64,000 nt of DNA from Octopus sinensis (Eukaryota), in assembly GCF_006345805.1 (NCBI RefSeq), contig NC_043006.1, positions 22,134,001 to 22,198,000 of the forward strand, in the 5' to 3' direction. Below, piece by piece: positions 25,625-38,312 of this stretch. The first letter of the stretch is position 1. Each line of letters begins with the position of its first letter. The notes below the pieces were generated by a model, which searched no databases, was not told the origin of the DNA, and saw nothing but the letters and a program-made list of their open reading frames with translations. The position numbers and the translations under genes were made by a program.

Positions 25625-25974
25625 GAGAGACAAAGAGAGAGACAGAAAGTTAGACAGATAGATAGGGATACACATATATATGCACACATACACACACACA
25701 CATCAATGTTTGCTGTTGTACACTGATAACCTACTATATCTATCTAAGCTAACATTGATATGTGCTTACACAATACCATTGCATCAACCAAGCTAACGAG
25801 ATGTTTGTTTAATAAACAGTTGCCATGACTTCAGTTGATTGCAAATGTAACTAGGATTATAGCAAAAGACTGTAACTTCATAACTCCAGTTTACTAAACA
25901 CATTCTTCAGACAAGACACTTCCACTGCGAGCGCCCACCGATTATTCTAGTCTTTGTAAAAAAAAAAATAATAA

Positions 25975-26008
<34 letters not shown>

Positions 26009-26804
26009 TAAATGCACTGCAGGTTTGTGTGTACATGGACGTGTATATACATACAGATACCTCTTAAAATTAGGAATACAAGGGATTAATAAGAGTTGTT
26101 TTTAGCAGTTAAGGATCATCTGATGTAAACAGATAAAATGCTGGTTAAATACCAACAGACAAAGAAATTTGGTTTGAAATATCTTTGCTGTCAGCCAACA
26201 AAGTCTTTGAACTGGTATTATATATCTTTTCTTTTTTTGTTATTTTCTTGCTTTCTTTCTTTTTTTTTTTTTTTGACTGGAATGCTACAAAATATAGTCA
26301 AGAATCTGGAGCATATAAACATCTTTCATGACTGTTTGACATTCATCACAAGGTTTCTTGCTGATGGTGATGGTGATGGTGATGGTGAGTGAGAAGCTAA
26401 GAAGTTCCAAGTTTGTCTTGTCGCATGATGGAAATAAATCAAACACAAGCAAGTCAAATAAAGTAAATAAAAAAAAACAAAAAAAAACGACAAAACAAAT
26501 CTTGAATATAACCTTCTTTGTTCAATCCTATTGACTAAATCTATGTTCACACACACACACATGCATGCCCAGTTATGTAAATATATGCATGACAGTGAAA
26601 CACACTTGTATTGTTTACTGCATATGTTTCATCTCTTCACCAGAAATTACAACAATTTTCTTTGCTATTTTATTAAGATATATAATATATATAAGAATTT
26701 TTTGCGTAATAAGATAAAAAAACCCAAGGCTGTATAGATATTAGAGCATTTACAGATAGAAGGTCTTACAGCTGTTTCTAGGATATTAATTAATAATATC
26801 CAAA

Positions 26805-27162
26805 ATCGTAATCGATCAACATCAATGGAATTTGTAGCTGTGATACCAGTGCCGGTGGCACGTAAGAGAACCATCCGAACATGGCCGTAGCCAGCGCCGC
26901 CCTGACTGGCCTCCGTGCCGGTGGCACGTAAAAGGCACCATCCATTCGTGGCCATTTGCCAGCTTCATCTGTCACCTGCACCGGTGGCACGTAAAAAGTA
27001 CCCACTACACTCATGGAGTGGTTGGCGTTAGGAAGGGCATCCAGCTGTAGAAACACTGCCAGATCAGACTGGGCCTGGTGCAGCCTTCTGGCTTCCCAGA
27101 CCCCAGTTGAACCGTCCAACCCATGCTAGCATGGAAAGCAGACGTTAAACGATGATGATGAT
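26805..27162 (+). mobile_element. Family C
   Basis: Three internal units; tail gacgttaaacgatgatgatgat. Confidence 0.86.
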
Positions 27163-28019
27163 CCCTTCATCGGAGACGGTGTGATAGGAAAAATTAAGTC
27201 ATAGTTAGCTTCGATGTGATACAAAATAGAGAGTGAGGTGGAAGAAAGAAAATAGATGTAAGATCTGGAACTTAACTATGGTCTGTCTATAGCACTTATT
27301 CAGCATTACCTGACATCTTTGGGTCTCAATGACACCATTATCTCTTATAATCTCAACTTCTCGCAGATATAATATATATATATACATTTATGAATTGCAA
27401 GATTCCTGATGTGAAATCATGTGTTGAAACAGATAGTGTATTTTGGGATGGTCATTTTTTTCCCGACAAATAAACACATGCACTGTATATTCGTTCTTCA
27501 CCGGTTTATTAGTGTTCTTATTTTAACTCATGTCCATTGTCCGAGAATGGACTAAGCAGAGCAGGAGTACACACGAGGATGGAAAGTGTCGCTGAAGATG
27601 TCATAGATGTGTGATGAAAGATTTTCGGACAATGGAAATGGATTAAAATAAGAACAGTAATAAATGAGTGAAGAATGAATATATAGATATTCTCGTATTC
27701 TTTTATGTGTTTCAGCTCAAAGGCTGTAACCATGCAGGGGCCACCGCCAATATTATCACCTTTTCAATGGCCATTTTTTTATGACTGGCTTTTGGTGAAA
27801 TAGGGAGTTCAATATTGCTGCCCACTTCTGCATTTCTTGCAGTGATGTAGGTTCGTCTAGGACACTGAGCAAGAGGAGGTCAAGTTGCTTCTTGAAAACA
27901 TCTCCCCACAAACTCCATGTAGGTCTCTCAGATGTTTTGGCAAGACATTAAACAGCTGTGGGCCTTTGAATCCTGAACTTTTGCAGTACATGGGTCTCAC
28001 TGTAGATGGGATGGTTGGG

Positions 28020-28945
28020 ACCTTTGGATACAAGTTTCTTTGATATCAAAGCTGGAGTACACCTGGGGGACATGCTGGCACCTTTTCTCTTTGTAATTAC
28101 TCTGGATTATACCCTCAGAACATCACTTGACAATCTAAACAGCCTTAGTTTCATACTCATGAAAAGAAGATTACTTGGTCATCCAGTTTAAAAAATAACT
28201 GATGTAGACAATGGTGATAATTTAGCCTTGCTCACCAACACAATATCAAACTCCACCCAATTATATCATAGCCTAAAATTGTGATGTTGGACTACTGGTT
28301 AAATCATAGTAAAACCAAGTTCATTGCTCATAATCAACAAGGATCTAACACCAACATGAGCAGAGACCCCCATCAATCAAGCTGGTGATTTCAAGTACGC
28401 AGTTCTGAGATAGCCTCAACTGAAAAGGATGTAAAAACTTGGACAGACAAAGCATGGTTGATTCTAAACACGCCGGATGTTGTCTAGAAATCAACCCTGT
28501 CAAACAACTATAAGTGGAATTTTCCCCATGCAATGCTAGAGTCAGTCCCTTTATATGGAGCAAGATCCCGAATGCTAACTAAAAAAACTGGAATCTAAGC
28601 TAGATGGAACTCACATCCAAATGTTAAGAGCAATCTTAAACATATCTTGGAGAACTCATACCACCAAAAAACTGCTGTATGGAGATCTCCGGCCTGTCTC
28701 CACCATTAAAAGGGAAAGGTGTTTGTGTTTTGCAGGACATTGCTGGTGAGCTAAACAAGAGCAGGCAAGTGACCTACTGCTATGGATGCCAAAGTATGGC
28801 CAGCCGTACTTGAGCAGATTGTCAGAACACAATGTACATAGGTCAACTCACCAGAGACACTGGATGCCTCCCTGAAGACCTCCTTCAACTAATGCAAGCA
28901 GAAGATGGATGGTGTGCATGGGTTAAAAATATCCGAACAAGCTGG
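28020..28945 (+). pseudogene. Decayed RTE-X-like LINE (RT domain to C terminus)
   Basis: GVHLGDMLAPFLFVITLDY (GVLQGD motif), DVDNGDNLAL (YADD remnant), KLDGTHIQMLRAILNISW, CFAGHCW; multiple stops and frameshifts. Confidence 0.85.
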
Positions 28946-29537
28946 ATATATGTTTTGACTCTTATTTCTAGCAATGCTGGTGCTGACTAACATCCTCAGT
29001 CACTTTAGTGAAGACTATACTTGTGCCTTTCAGTTATAAATTGCAAATAGCCACCTTAATAATTTATATGTATGTACACATATGCATTACATATATGTGC
29101 ATCGCATTTTTTTTATAAATAGGTACCCCATATCTCTGCATATTGTAAGGGGCAGCTAAAAGGGTGATACTAGATAAGATATTTGACCATAAAAACACTG
29201 CCTTTACAAGGCCTATCCAGCTCATGCCAGCATGGAAATTTGTGAGGGTTGGCAAGAGGAAGGGCATCCAGCTGTAGAAAGAAAGATCTGCTTCAATGAA
29301 TTCCATCTAACCCATGCAAGCATAGGAAAATGAATGTTAAGGTGATGATGATGACGATAATGATGATGATGAATTTCCCACCAAATTAAAGAAATCTACT
29401 CAAATAACTGATATTTTGACATGGTGAAAGAATAACAGTACAAATGATACCAAATATAAAAGAAAAGAAACAAAAAAAACTTTCTTTTTTTGACTCATGC
29501 AGAAGGAACGTTAACCAACCATAACAAAGTACCTTAC

Positions 29538-29610
29538 CAGATTTACATAAAATATTTCACCTGAACACAATGAATCCCGATTAGAAGACTGATGAATTAC
29601 TTTTGCAAAG
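29538..29610 (-). CDS. Putative 73-bp internal coding exon, (X)FAKVIHQSSNRDSLCSGEIFYVNL
   Basis: Acceptor ttctgttttatcag and donor CTG|gtaagg; only one of three frames open; non-repeat flanks. Confidence 0.5.
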
Positions 29611-30212
29611 CTGATAAAACAGAATACTAAATGTAGTGATTGTTATGTTGCATTAATATTAGAAATGCACTATAAAAACAGAAATATATTTACTGAGAGT
29701 AAAAACACAAGCTAGAAAGTCTAACTGACCAATGTAATGGAATAATGTAACCGCTAAACATGAAAGCTGTAAAATGATTTCACATGCCAAGCAGACATTT
29801 ATAAGAAGGCTCTATTGCTAAAATTTGATAGTAAAAACACTAATAATTAATATTACCACACTGCCAAAATGGACTAATAGCTAGCACAATCATAGTTTAA
29901 TTATAAATGTCATTGTTTTAGAATCCACTCTTCCATGTTTGCATGAGTCGGATGTAATTTAGTGAGGTAGATATTTCTATGGTTGGATGCCCTTCCGGTC
30001 ACCAACCCTCACCTCTTTCAAACTAGGGTAATATCTACCATTTGAACATGAACAATGTGAAGGTTAGACGTGTTTTTTCAAAGAAGGTAGCAAACAAACG
30101 ACACCACTTTTTTGACTGATAGCAATGTTTGTTAACAAGTAGCGCATGATGTCAAGACAAAGAAACACATCCATACATCTCTCTATATATAAAGCTGAAG
30201 ATTTTACTGTGT

Positions 30213-30265
<53 letters not shown>

Positions 30266-30271
<6 letters not shown>

Positions 30272-30687
30272 CCGGGAACGCTGCCACTGTTCTCTTTTAG
30301 AGAGACTTAGTAATTTTAATATTTCTATTATTGAAAACAAGTGGATGTATTCCACCGAAACTAGGTAAATAAAACCATCGAACAGAGATTGTCGGAAGCG
30401 ACACCTACTGGCTGGCTACGCTGCATTGAAAAGGGGCAATACCCCGAAACGCGTCTGTAGCTGCCGGTCAAGTAGTGTGGAGCGACTGACCTCCCTTGTT
30501 CGAAGGTTATATGGATACAGTTTGTGTATCAAATAGCTAACTTAAGGCGATGGCCTCATGGAGCTAATAAGCGGACAGCTTTATTCTTATTTTTATAAGA
30601 ATGCCATATTAGTATGGCGATAACTATTATTTTCCGGGAACGCTGCCGCTGTTCTCTTTTAGAGAGACTTAGTAATTTTAATATTTC

Positions 30688-30693
<6 letters not shown>
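30266..30693 (+). mobile_element. Terminally redundant 362-bp hammerhead-bearing element (retrozyme or Penelope-LTR-like)
   Basis: ~65-bp direct repeat at 30266-30331 and 30628-30693 (one mismatch); (TA)n on both sides; internal hammerhead. Confidence 0.75.
30401..30478 (+). ncRNA. Type I hammerhead ribozyme, U3-A8 core variant
   Basis: Stem I gctgca/tgtagc extended by ggctggc/gccggtc and ctact/agtag; core TTGAAAA (30426-30432); stem II gggg-caata-cccc; GAAA; minimal stem III ac-gc-gt; GUC site ending at 30455. Confidence 0.75.
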
Positions 30694-30733
<40 letters not shown>

Positions 30734-31214
30734 AAATGTGTGAGATCCTTGGTACAGTTAGGTACATTTGAAAAAAGAAAAAGAATGATTTCACTGGTAG
30801 TTCTAACCAGTTTAATTTATTATTTTTTAATTTTTTTAACAATATAAATTTTACACTTTAGTTCATAGATATAGCAAGTTCATTGTTAACTTGGGTGGGG
30901 GGGAGATTTTTTAGGAAAAACTTTTCTGGAGAACTTTCTCACATTTGTTGTCAAACAGATCTGAGGGCTTGGGGTTTTGTGATTCTATATATGGGATTTG
31001 GGTGTGGTGGGGTGGGGCTTGTTAATCAGTGTGGGAGTGAAAGAGCCTTGATGAATACACACACACATACACAATGGGCTTCTTTCAGTTTTTGTGTAAC
31101 AAATCCATTCACAAGGTTTATAGTAAAGACACTCACATAAGCTGGTACACAGTGGGAGTGAACCCAAAACAAACATGACTGCAAAACAAACTTGTTAATC
31201 ACACCGCTATGCCT

Positions 31215-31615
31215 AGCTATGATACCAGTGCTGGTGGCACATAAGAGAACCATCCAAATGTGGCCGTTGCCAGTGCCACTCCGACTGACCTCCGTGCCGG
31301 TGGCACGTAAAAAAGCACCATCCGATTGTGGCTGTTGCCAGCCTCGTCTGGCCCCCGTGCCAGTGGCACGTAAAAAGCACCATCCGATCGTGACCGTTTG
31401 CCAGCCTCGTCTGGCACCTGTGCAGGTGGCACGTAAAAAGCACCCACTACACTCACGGAGTGGTTGGCATTAGGAAGTTCATCCAGCTGTAGAAACACTG
31501 CCAGATCAGACTGGAGCCTGGTGCAGCCTTCTGACTTCCCAGACCCCAGTTGAACCGTCCAACCCATGCTAGCATGGAAAACGGACATTGAACGATGATG
31601 ACGATAATGATGATG
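31215..31615 (+). mobile_element. Family C
   Basis: Four internal units, conserved tail and (gat)n. Confidence 0.86.
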
Positions 31616-31784
31616 CCTGAGCCTAATCTAAATATAAAATAAGGTTTAGGGTCATTAGTTCAGGGTTCTGAGTTGAAATCTACTTCAGTTATATAATGGC
31701 CGAATTCACATGGCTGTGATCCATGGAAAGCTATATTTTCCAATTATAAAACACTACAAATGATAAATTATATAAGTATTATAG

Positions 31785-32042
31785 CATCAACCAGACTATT
31801 AGATGCTGATATACACCCCTAGGCACAATGTGTTTCACATTGCTCAACTTCCGAATAATGCCATCCAGCTGGCTAAATGGACAGGAATGCTGTATGTCAC
31901 AGGGTTATCCATTTACTGAGTAGACTGGAGCAATATGAAATGAAGTGTTTTGCTCATGATTACAATTCATATATGGTCTGGGAATTGAAACCACGATCTT
32001 GTAATTGTGAGCACAACACCTTCACTACTAAGCCATGTGCCT
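31785..32042 (-). mobile_element. Old SINE related to family D
   Basis: Reverse strand shows a tRNA-like head (ggcacatggcttagtagtg...ggtttcaattccc) and a D-like 3' end (catctaatagtctggttg). Confidence 0.55.
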
Positions 32043-32724
32043 TTACATGTAATTGTATAACCCATAAATTAACAGGTTGCTAGAGATATCTGGTGACTAA
32101 CAAGGAAATTCAATGCAGACCATCCACTTGTCTTTTAATGACCACAGTGAGTAACTAACATCAGTTGAGACAATGAAATATAAATCATTCTGATCAATGT
32201 GACCTCGTAATAACGCAGCAGAAATTGGTAGAGAGAGAATTTTTAATATTCCACACACCAGTAGAGACAAGATAGGATAACCAGAAGGTATGAGTATAAA
32301 ACATTAAAAATAAACTGTAGCATTGTTATATTGTCAATCTATCACATTTAACAGGAAAATTGCTATCTCGATATCAACACAGACATTATTTTGTTACTGA
32401 TCCAGTCTATGTCCTTGATGGAAGTACAAAAGACATAGGAAGGGTGTGGTGACATTCTACGAGGAAAGGGCAGAGAGAAGTAGTTAGTATGACACAGGGG
32501 AGCAACAACCACTTAGGTGACAAGAGATGAAGTGTCCATTGAGTTAAGTGGGCTTGAGTGGATGTGACATAAGATCAACCAGCTCCAATAGAAGAGATCA
32601 TTGTAGTAGTGTTAGAAAGAGGCAGAGTGAACTACCAGCACATCAACGATGAAGAAGATGTAGTGTTGTTGAGTGATTCCTTTAATACAGTCTAGGCTGT
32701 CTGTACATGTAGAATTCCATGGTG

Positions 32725-33019
32725 GGGCTCACCCGGAAACATTTTTTCACACTAAGAGTTGCTGAAGTATGGAACAGACTGCCAGCATCAGTTGTTAGTT
32801 GTCGGAGCACTGCATCCTTCAAAACTTCCATGCTTCCTGAGATTCGCCAACACTACACCTGATTTTCCCCCCTCCATACACACACAAGCATGTATCTGAC
32901 TCATACACTGTTCACTTTCTAGACATTTGTACATTAAGGCACATGCTTTATACGCACTTTTGACAAGTTGTGGTGCACCTGAGCACTGTATACAATAATT
33001 TCATTATTATTATTATTAT
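32725..33019 (+). mobile_element. CR1-clade LINE 3' end
   Basis: HRKHFFTLRVAEVWNRLPASVVSCRSTASFK...* then a 3' UTR and (att)n tail. Confidence 0.8.
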
Positions 33020-33327
33020 AAGTAACTGAAGGAACCATGAAGAAAAAAGCTAGGCCTTCGGGGTGCATAGCATGTGGCCACTTTGAGGATCTTAGTTGTA
33101 TGTTGTTCATATCTGAGGGAGTACAATACTGCATCCAGTCCCTTAAATTCACAACTAATGACCCTAATCAATAATCCAGTTCCTTAACTCTACAAACAGA
33201 TGACCATGTGATTGGTCATCCAGCCTCTTAGCAGCCAATGTATTTCATATTAAAAAAAATCATCATTTATATTCTTATACAAAGCGCTGTTCCAAAAGAA
33301 TTCTCTCTACTTTTTCTTATTTTGTAT

Positions 33328-33693
33328 CTTTTACTTGTTTCAGTCACTTGACTGAGGGTTTTAGTTGAACAAATCAACCCCAGGATCTGTTTTTTATTCT
33401 ATCAGTCTCTTTTGCCTAATCGCTAAGTTATGGAAGACATAAACACACCAACACTAGATTTTGAGTGGTGGTGGTGGTGGGGATAAACACAGAGACAAGG
33501 ACATGTGCACACGCACACACACACACACACATGCAACAGGCTTCTTTCAGTTTCTGTCTACCAAATCTACTCACAAGGCTTTGGTCTGCTTGAGGTTATA
33601 GTAGAAGACATTTACCCAAGGTGCCACGCAGTGGGACTGAACCCAAGACCATGTAGTTGAGAAGCTTCTTACCACACAGCCATGTCTGCGCCT
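33328..33693 (-). mobile_element. SINE family B, older copy
   Basis: Diverged reverse complement of the family B sequence. Confidence 0.8.
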
Positions 33694-34942
33694 ACAAACA
33701 TTATACTTAAGAAGATTACTAATACGAAGCCCTGTTGTAAAGTAATTGCATCTGTAATTGACAGGATGTTGTGCAACATTTGTTCTGGTTCTTTGCATTC
33801 TGAGTTCAAATCCTGCCAGGGCCTACAAGGATGATAGTCTTATTCCATCATCCTGTATACCACCACCACCACCACATTACAAAACTACACAGCCACCGCT
33901 GTCACCACCACGTACAGCCTTAGCTGCATTTAGCACCATTCAACCATTCAAGACAGGTCTCCAACTAGTCTTTGAAGTTTTTGTAAAATGTCATGGGCAC
34001 TGCCTTCTCTCCTGACTTTTAGTAAAAACGAAAAAAAAAATATGGCGTGGGGGGGGGGGGGGTTACCATAGCATTGTTGAAAATGCCAGGTGTAGGATTT
34101 ACTGATAATTTTCTCAAGAATGCAACTAGGTCCTTACAATGTCAAACATAGCTCACTAATAAAAGTTCACTTTTCTAAATTAATAATTAAAGAAGATGCA
34201 GAGTTGCACTGTAGCTACTTAACTGTTAACAAGAATGCATTTTGAACTGCATATATGCCCTACTCTTCTTTAAGATGGGTTGGAAATTGTTTTGCATTGT
34301 TAGCAACAAAAAATAAAAAAATAAACACAAAACAAAGCAAGACAAAACATATCAGATGTTGATCGAATTCTGTCTTATAAAAATGTAATTAGATGATTCG
34401 ATATCACAATTCATAAGTGAGTTTTCTCAGTGGTTGTTGTGTTCTGAGAAGGAAGAAGCGGTGGGGATATAACGCTATTTTCAACACATTGGGTGTGATC
34501 TCACTTTGAAAACTTAATTGTACATTATGGTCTGCAGATCCTGTGCTGGAATCAGGAACAACTTTATCATACAGACAAACACACATACACTTCTCTTCTT
34601 CCTCCTCCTTCTCTTCTTCATTACTATTAGCGTTGTCATCATCATTATTCTTTTAATTGCCACTTTCCTATCCCTCTCTGCATGGGTCAGATGAAACTTG
34701 TTGAGGTAGAATTTCTATGGCCAAATGCTTTCCCTGTAGCCGGCTCACTTGTTTCCTAAGTAAGGTAACATTTTTTTCCTTTGTCATTCTAGCAGGAACA
34801 CAACAATGACCTGACATGCTTCCAGAGTAGATCACAAATGAACGACTGTTCATGTGATGGTGATATTTGTTTACAATCAGCATGCGATATCAAGACAAGG
34901 AGATACAAACCCACAAACCAGCACGCACGCACACAGACACAG

Positions 34943-34974
<32 letters not shown>

Positions 34975-35860
34975 GGGTTTTTTTTTCAGTTCCCTGTCTA
35001 CCAACTTCAGATATCAAAACACTGTTGGTTGTACAATGCATTGCCTGATGATGTTGAACCTAAGACCACAACCACACAGTTGCAAAGTTAACCACATAGC
35101 TATGTCTGTGGTTTGTGCTGCATATTTCACGTGCATCATGTTAAGCCTGTAGATCTACTTGCCTAACTGACAATAGGTTCTACTTCCACTTCATGGCTGA
35201 ATGGTTAGCAGCTGGAATGACAGCCAGCTGTAAATCCTCTTCAATAATATGTGTATATTGAGATTTTCCTGCACGAAATAGTCAAGGTGCTTGATTTCCA
35301 ATTGAGAGGTGATAAGAATGAACACAAGCTTGAAGATCTATCACTCTCAATGAATCAAGCCGTAGACAATATTTCACAATTGGGTGATTAATGTAGATTA
35401 GAAAAAGCAAACGATCATCAAACAAGCGAGTCTGTTGAACAAAGGTATCTGATCATGAAACAGAGTCCAGCTGACCATGACACAGAGGCATCTGACCATC
35501 AAATGGAGGAATTGTAAGTCTGACAAACAAAAGGCATTTGACTTGAAACGTTCAAGAAAGAACCTGAGAATTGTAGAACTGTCCAACCCATGACACAATG
35601 ATAATAAGCTATAGAAACCAGAACGGAAATCCCGGGAATGGAAATTCAATCTGTGCTCGGACAATTGTACAAGGAGACAAAGGAGACACACATAAACACA
35701 CGCACGCAGACACAAAGGCATTCACACACACACACACACACACACATGCACACACACACACACACACACACATTACCTTCTAGGTTGTAACACAATACTG
35801 ACAACCAGCCTTGGATACATTGCTTCTCAACAACCACAATACAGAACGAATAGCAACAAC

Positions 35861-35895
<35 letters not shown>

Positions 35896-36021
35896 TGACG
35901 ATGATAAAACATGAGAAAAAAATCATAAAGCAGCCAGTGGAGCTTAAAAATAAACCATAAAAAAAAAACAATTAAGCCAAAACATAACAACTCCCCATCC
36001 CACCACCACCACCACTACTTC

Positions 36022-36068
<47 letters not shown>

Positions 36069-36711
36069 GTAATAATAATAATAATAGTAATGATGATGAT
36101 GATGATGATGATAATAATAAAGTAGAAGAATCTAAAATAAAAGTGTGGCACTTAGTAGAAAGGTAGATTAGGTTTATTGTGATATCGGTAATAAAATAAA
36201 TCAATAATATACTACTACTGCTCTATGAGATCACATCTTTTGGTGAATGGAGAGTGAATAGGGAGAGCAATGGAGAGGGTCACAGACAGTGGGAGAGAGA
36301 ATGAAAGACGGAGGAAGAGAGGAGAGAGAGAGTTAGGGGAGCATGAGAGGTAGAAAGAAAGACAGACAGAAAGAGCAAAGGGAACAAGAGGGAGAAAGAA
36401 TGAAAAGGAAGGTTGAAGAAAGGAAAGTGTGCAACAGAGATGGAGAGGGAAGTTGAGAATAAATCTGAAAGGATACGGAGAAAATAATGAAGGACAAGAG
36501 ATATCAGAGGAGAGAGAGAGAGAGGAGTGATAAAGAGAGAAAGATAGAGAGAGAGAAAGAGAAGCATGAGAGAAATAAAAGCTGTTTAATAAACATATAT
36601 AAAATATTGCTATAATAATTAGTGGAAAACCATATTAAACATTAAGTTATAATAGTTTTGTATAATAATTTGATAATGATAATAATAATGATGATAATAA
36701 TAATAATAATG

Positions 36712-36742
<31 letters not shown>

Positions 36743-36745
<3 letters not shown>

Positions 36746-37089
36746 AAATCTTTACAGTACTTGCTATCACAGGGGCACTTGAGGTAATAAAGGAAAGAAC
36801 AGAGAGATTCGCAGACACGATACCAGAAAAACCATGCTTAAAAGAAATACAAAAAGTAATCCTAATGGGCGCTACACATTAAATGAAAAGCGCTATCACC
36901 TTAAATTTCATAGCTCCATAGAATTTTTATTGAGCACTCATGTGTACACTTCTTTTGTTTTTAATTTATCCAGTCCTAGCACTTACAATTATGAGATTTT
37001 TATTTAGAACATCAATATACGTTACCTACCTCGGGTGTCTAGGTGGTGCCTGGTGGCTAGTGTATAGATATCCAGAAATTTTTTTTCAT
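36743..37089 (+). mobile_element. Dong/R4-like (restriction-like endonuclease) non-LTR element 3' end
   Basis: VLAITGALEVIK...IPEKPCLKEIQKVILMGATH resembles the R4/Dong C terminus (IGALG..K...IPG...EIQK..L.GTAH); (TAA)n on both sides. Confidence 0.7.
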
Positions 37090-37317
37090 AATAATAATAA
37101 TAATAACAATGGTTTCAAATTTTGCCACGAGGGCAGCAGTTTTGAGGGGAGGGGATGAGTTGATTACATTGATCCCAGTGTTCAACTGGTACTTATTTTA
37201 TCGATCCTGAAAGGATGAAAGGCAAAGTCAACTTCAGCAGAATTTGAACTTGGAATGTAGTGACAGACAAAATACCACAAAGTATTTCGCCCGGCATGCT
37301 AACAATTCTGCCAGCTT

Positions 37318-37810
37318 CATCATCATCATCATCATCATTTAACATCCGCTTCCCATACTAGCATGGGTTGGGCAATTTGACTGAGGACTGGTGAACCAGA
37401 TGGCTGCAGAGTTTCTACAGCTGGATGCCCTTTCTAATGCCAACCACTCCAAGAGTGTAGTGGGTGCTTTTATGTGCCACCGGCACGAGGGCCAGTCAGG
37501 TGGTACTGGCAACGGCCACAAAGAAATCATTTTTTATTTTTTCATTTTACGTGTCACCTGCACACCGGCACAAGTGCCAGTAAGGTAATGTTGGTAACGA
37601 TCATACTCGAATGGTGCTTTTTACGTGCCACCAGTACGAATGCCAGTTAGCCGCTCTGGCAACGATCACGCTCGGATGGTGCTCTTAGTGCTCCACTAGC
37701 ACGGATGCCAGTCATCGAATTTGATTTCGATTTCATTTGCCTCAATAGGTCTTCGCAAGCAGTGTCCAATGAAGGGAAGGTACGCATAAGTGGGCTGGTT
37801 ACACCTCTGG
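37318..37810 (-). mobile_element. Family C, long copy
   Basis: (cat)n tail through gggaaggtacgcataagtgggctggttacac, the reverse of the 13085-13112 segment. Confidence 0.82.
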
Positions 37811-38051
37811 CTTAGTTGAATAATAATAATAATCCTTTCCACTATAAGTACAAGGCCTGAAATTTTGTGGTGGTGGGGGGGGGGGGAGAAAGTCAATTAC
37901 ACTGACCCCGAGTGCTTAACTAGTACTTTTTCATTGACCCTAAAAGGAGTAAAGGCAAAGTTGACCTTGGTGGAATTTGAATCCAGAAATATAAAAGATG
38001 GATGAAATGCTACACAGCATTTTGTCAGGTGAGCTAACAGTTACTACCTTT

Positions 38052-38086
<35 letters not shown>

Positions 38087-38239
38087 TCTACTATAGCCAC
38101 AAGGCCTGGATTTCTTATTTCTTTTTTTTTTGTTGGTCAATTACACTGACCCCAATGATTAACTTGTACCTATATAATAATAATAATGATAATAATAATA
38201 ATAATAATAATCATAATAATAATAATAATGATAATAATA

Positions 38240-38312
<73 letters not shown>

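Noticed and set aside
29538-29560. FYVNL(E) as evidence for a BCR-family gene
   Set aside because: Only a 5-6 residue resemblance to the BCR Tyr177 site, with no RhoGEF or RhoGAP exons seen; too weak for a gene symbol
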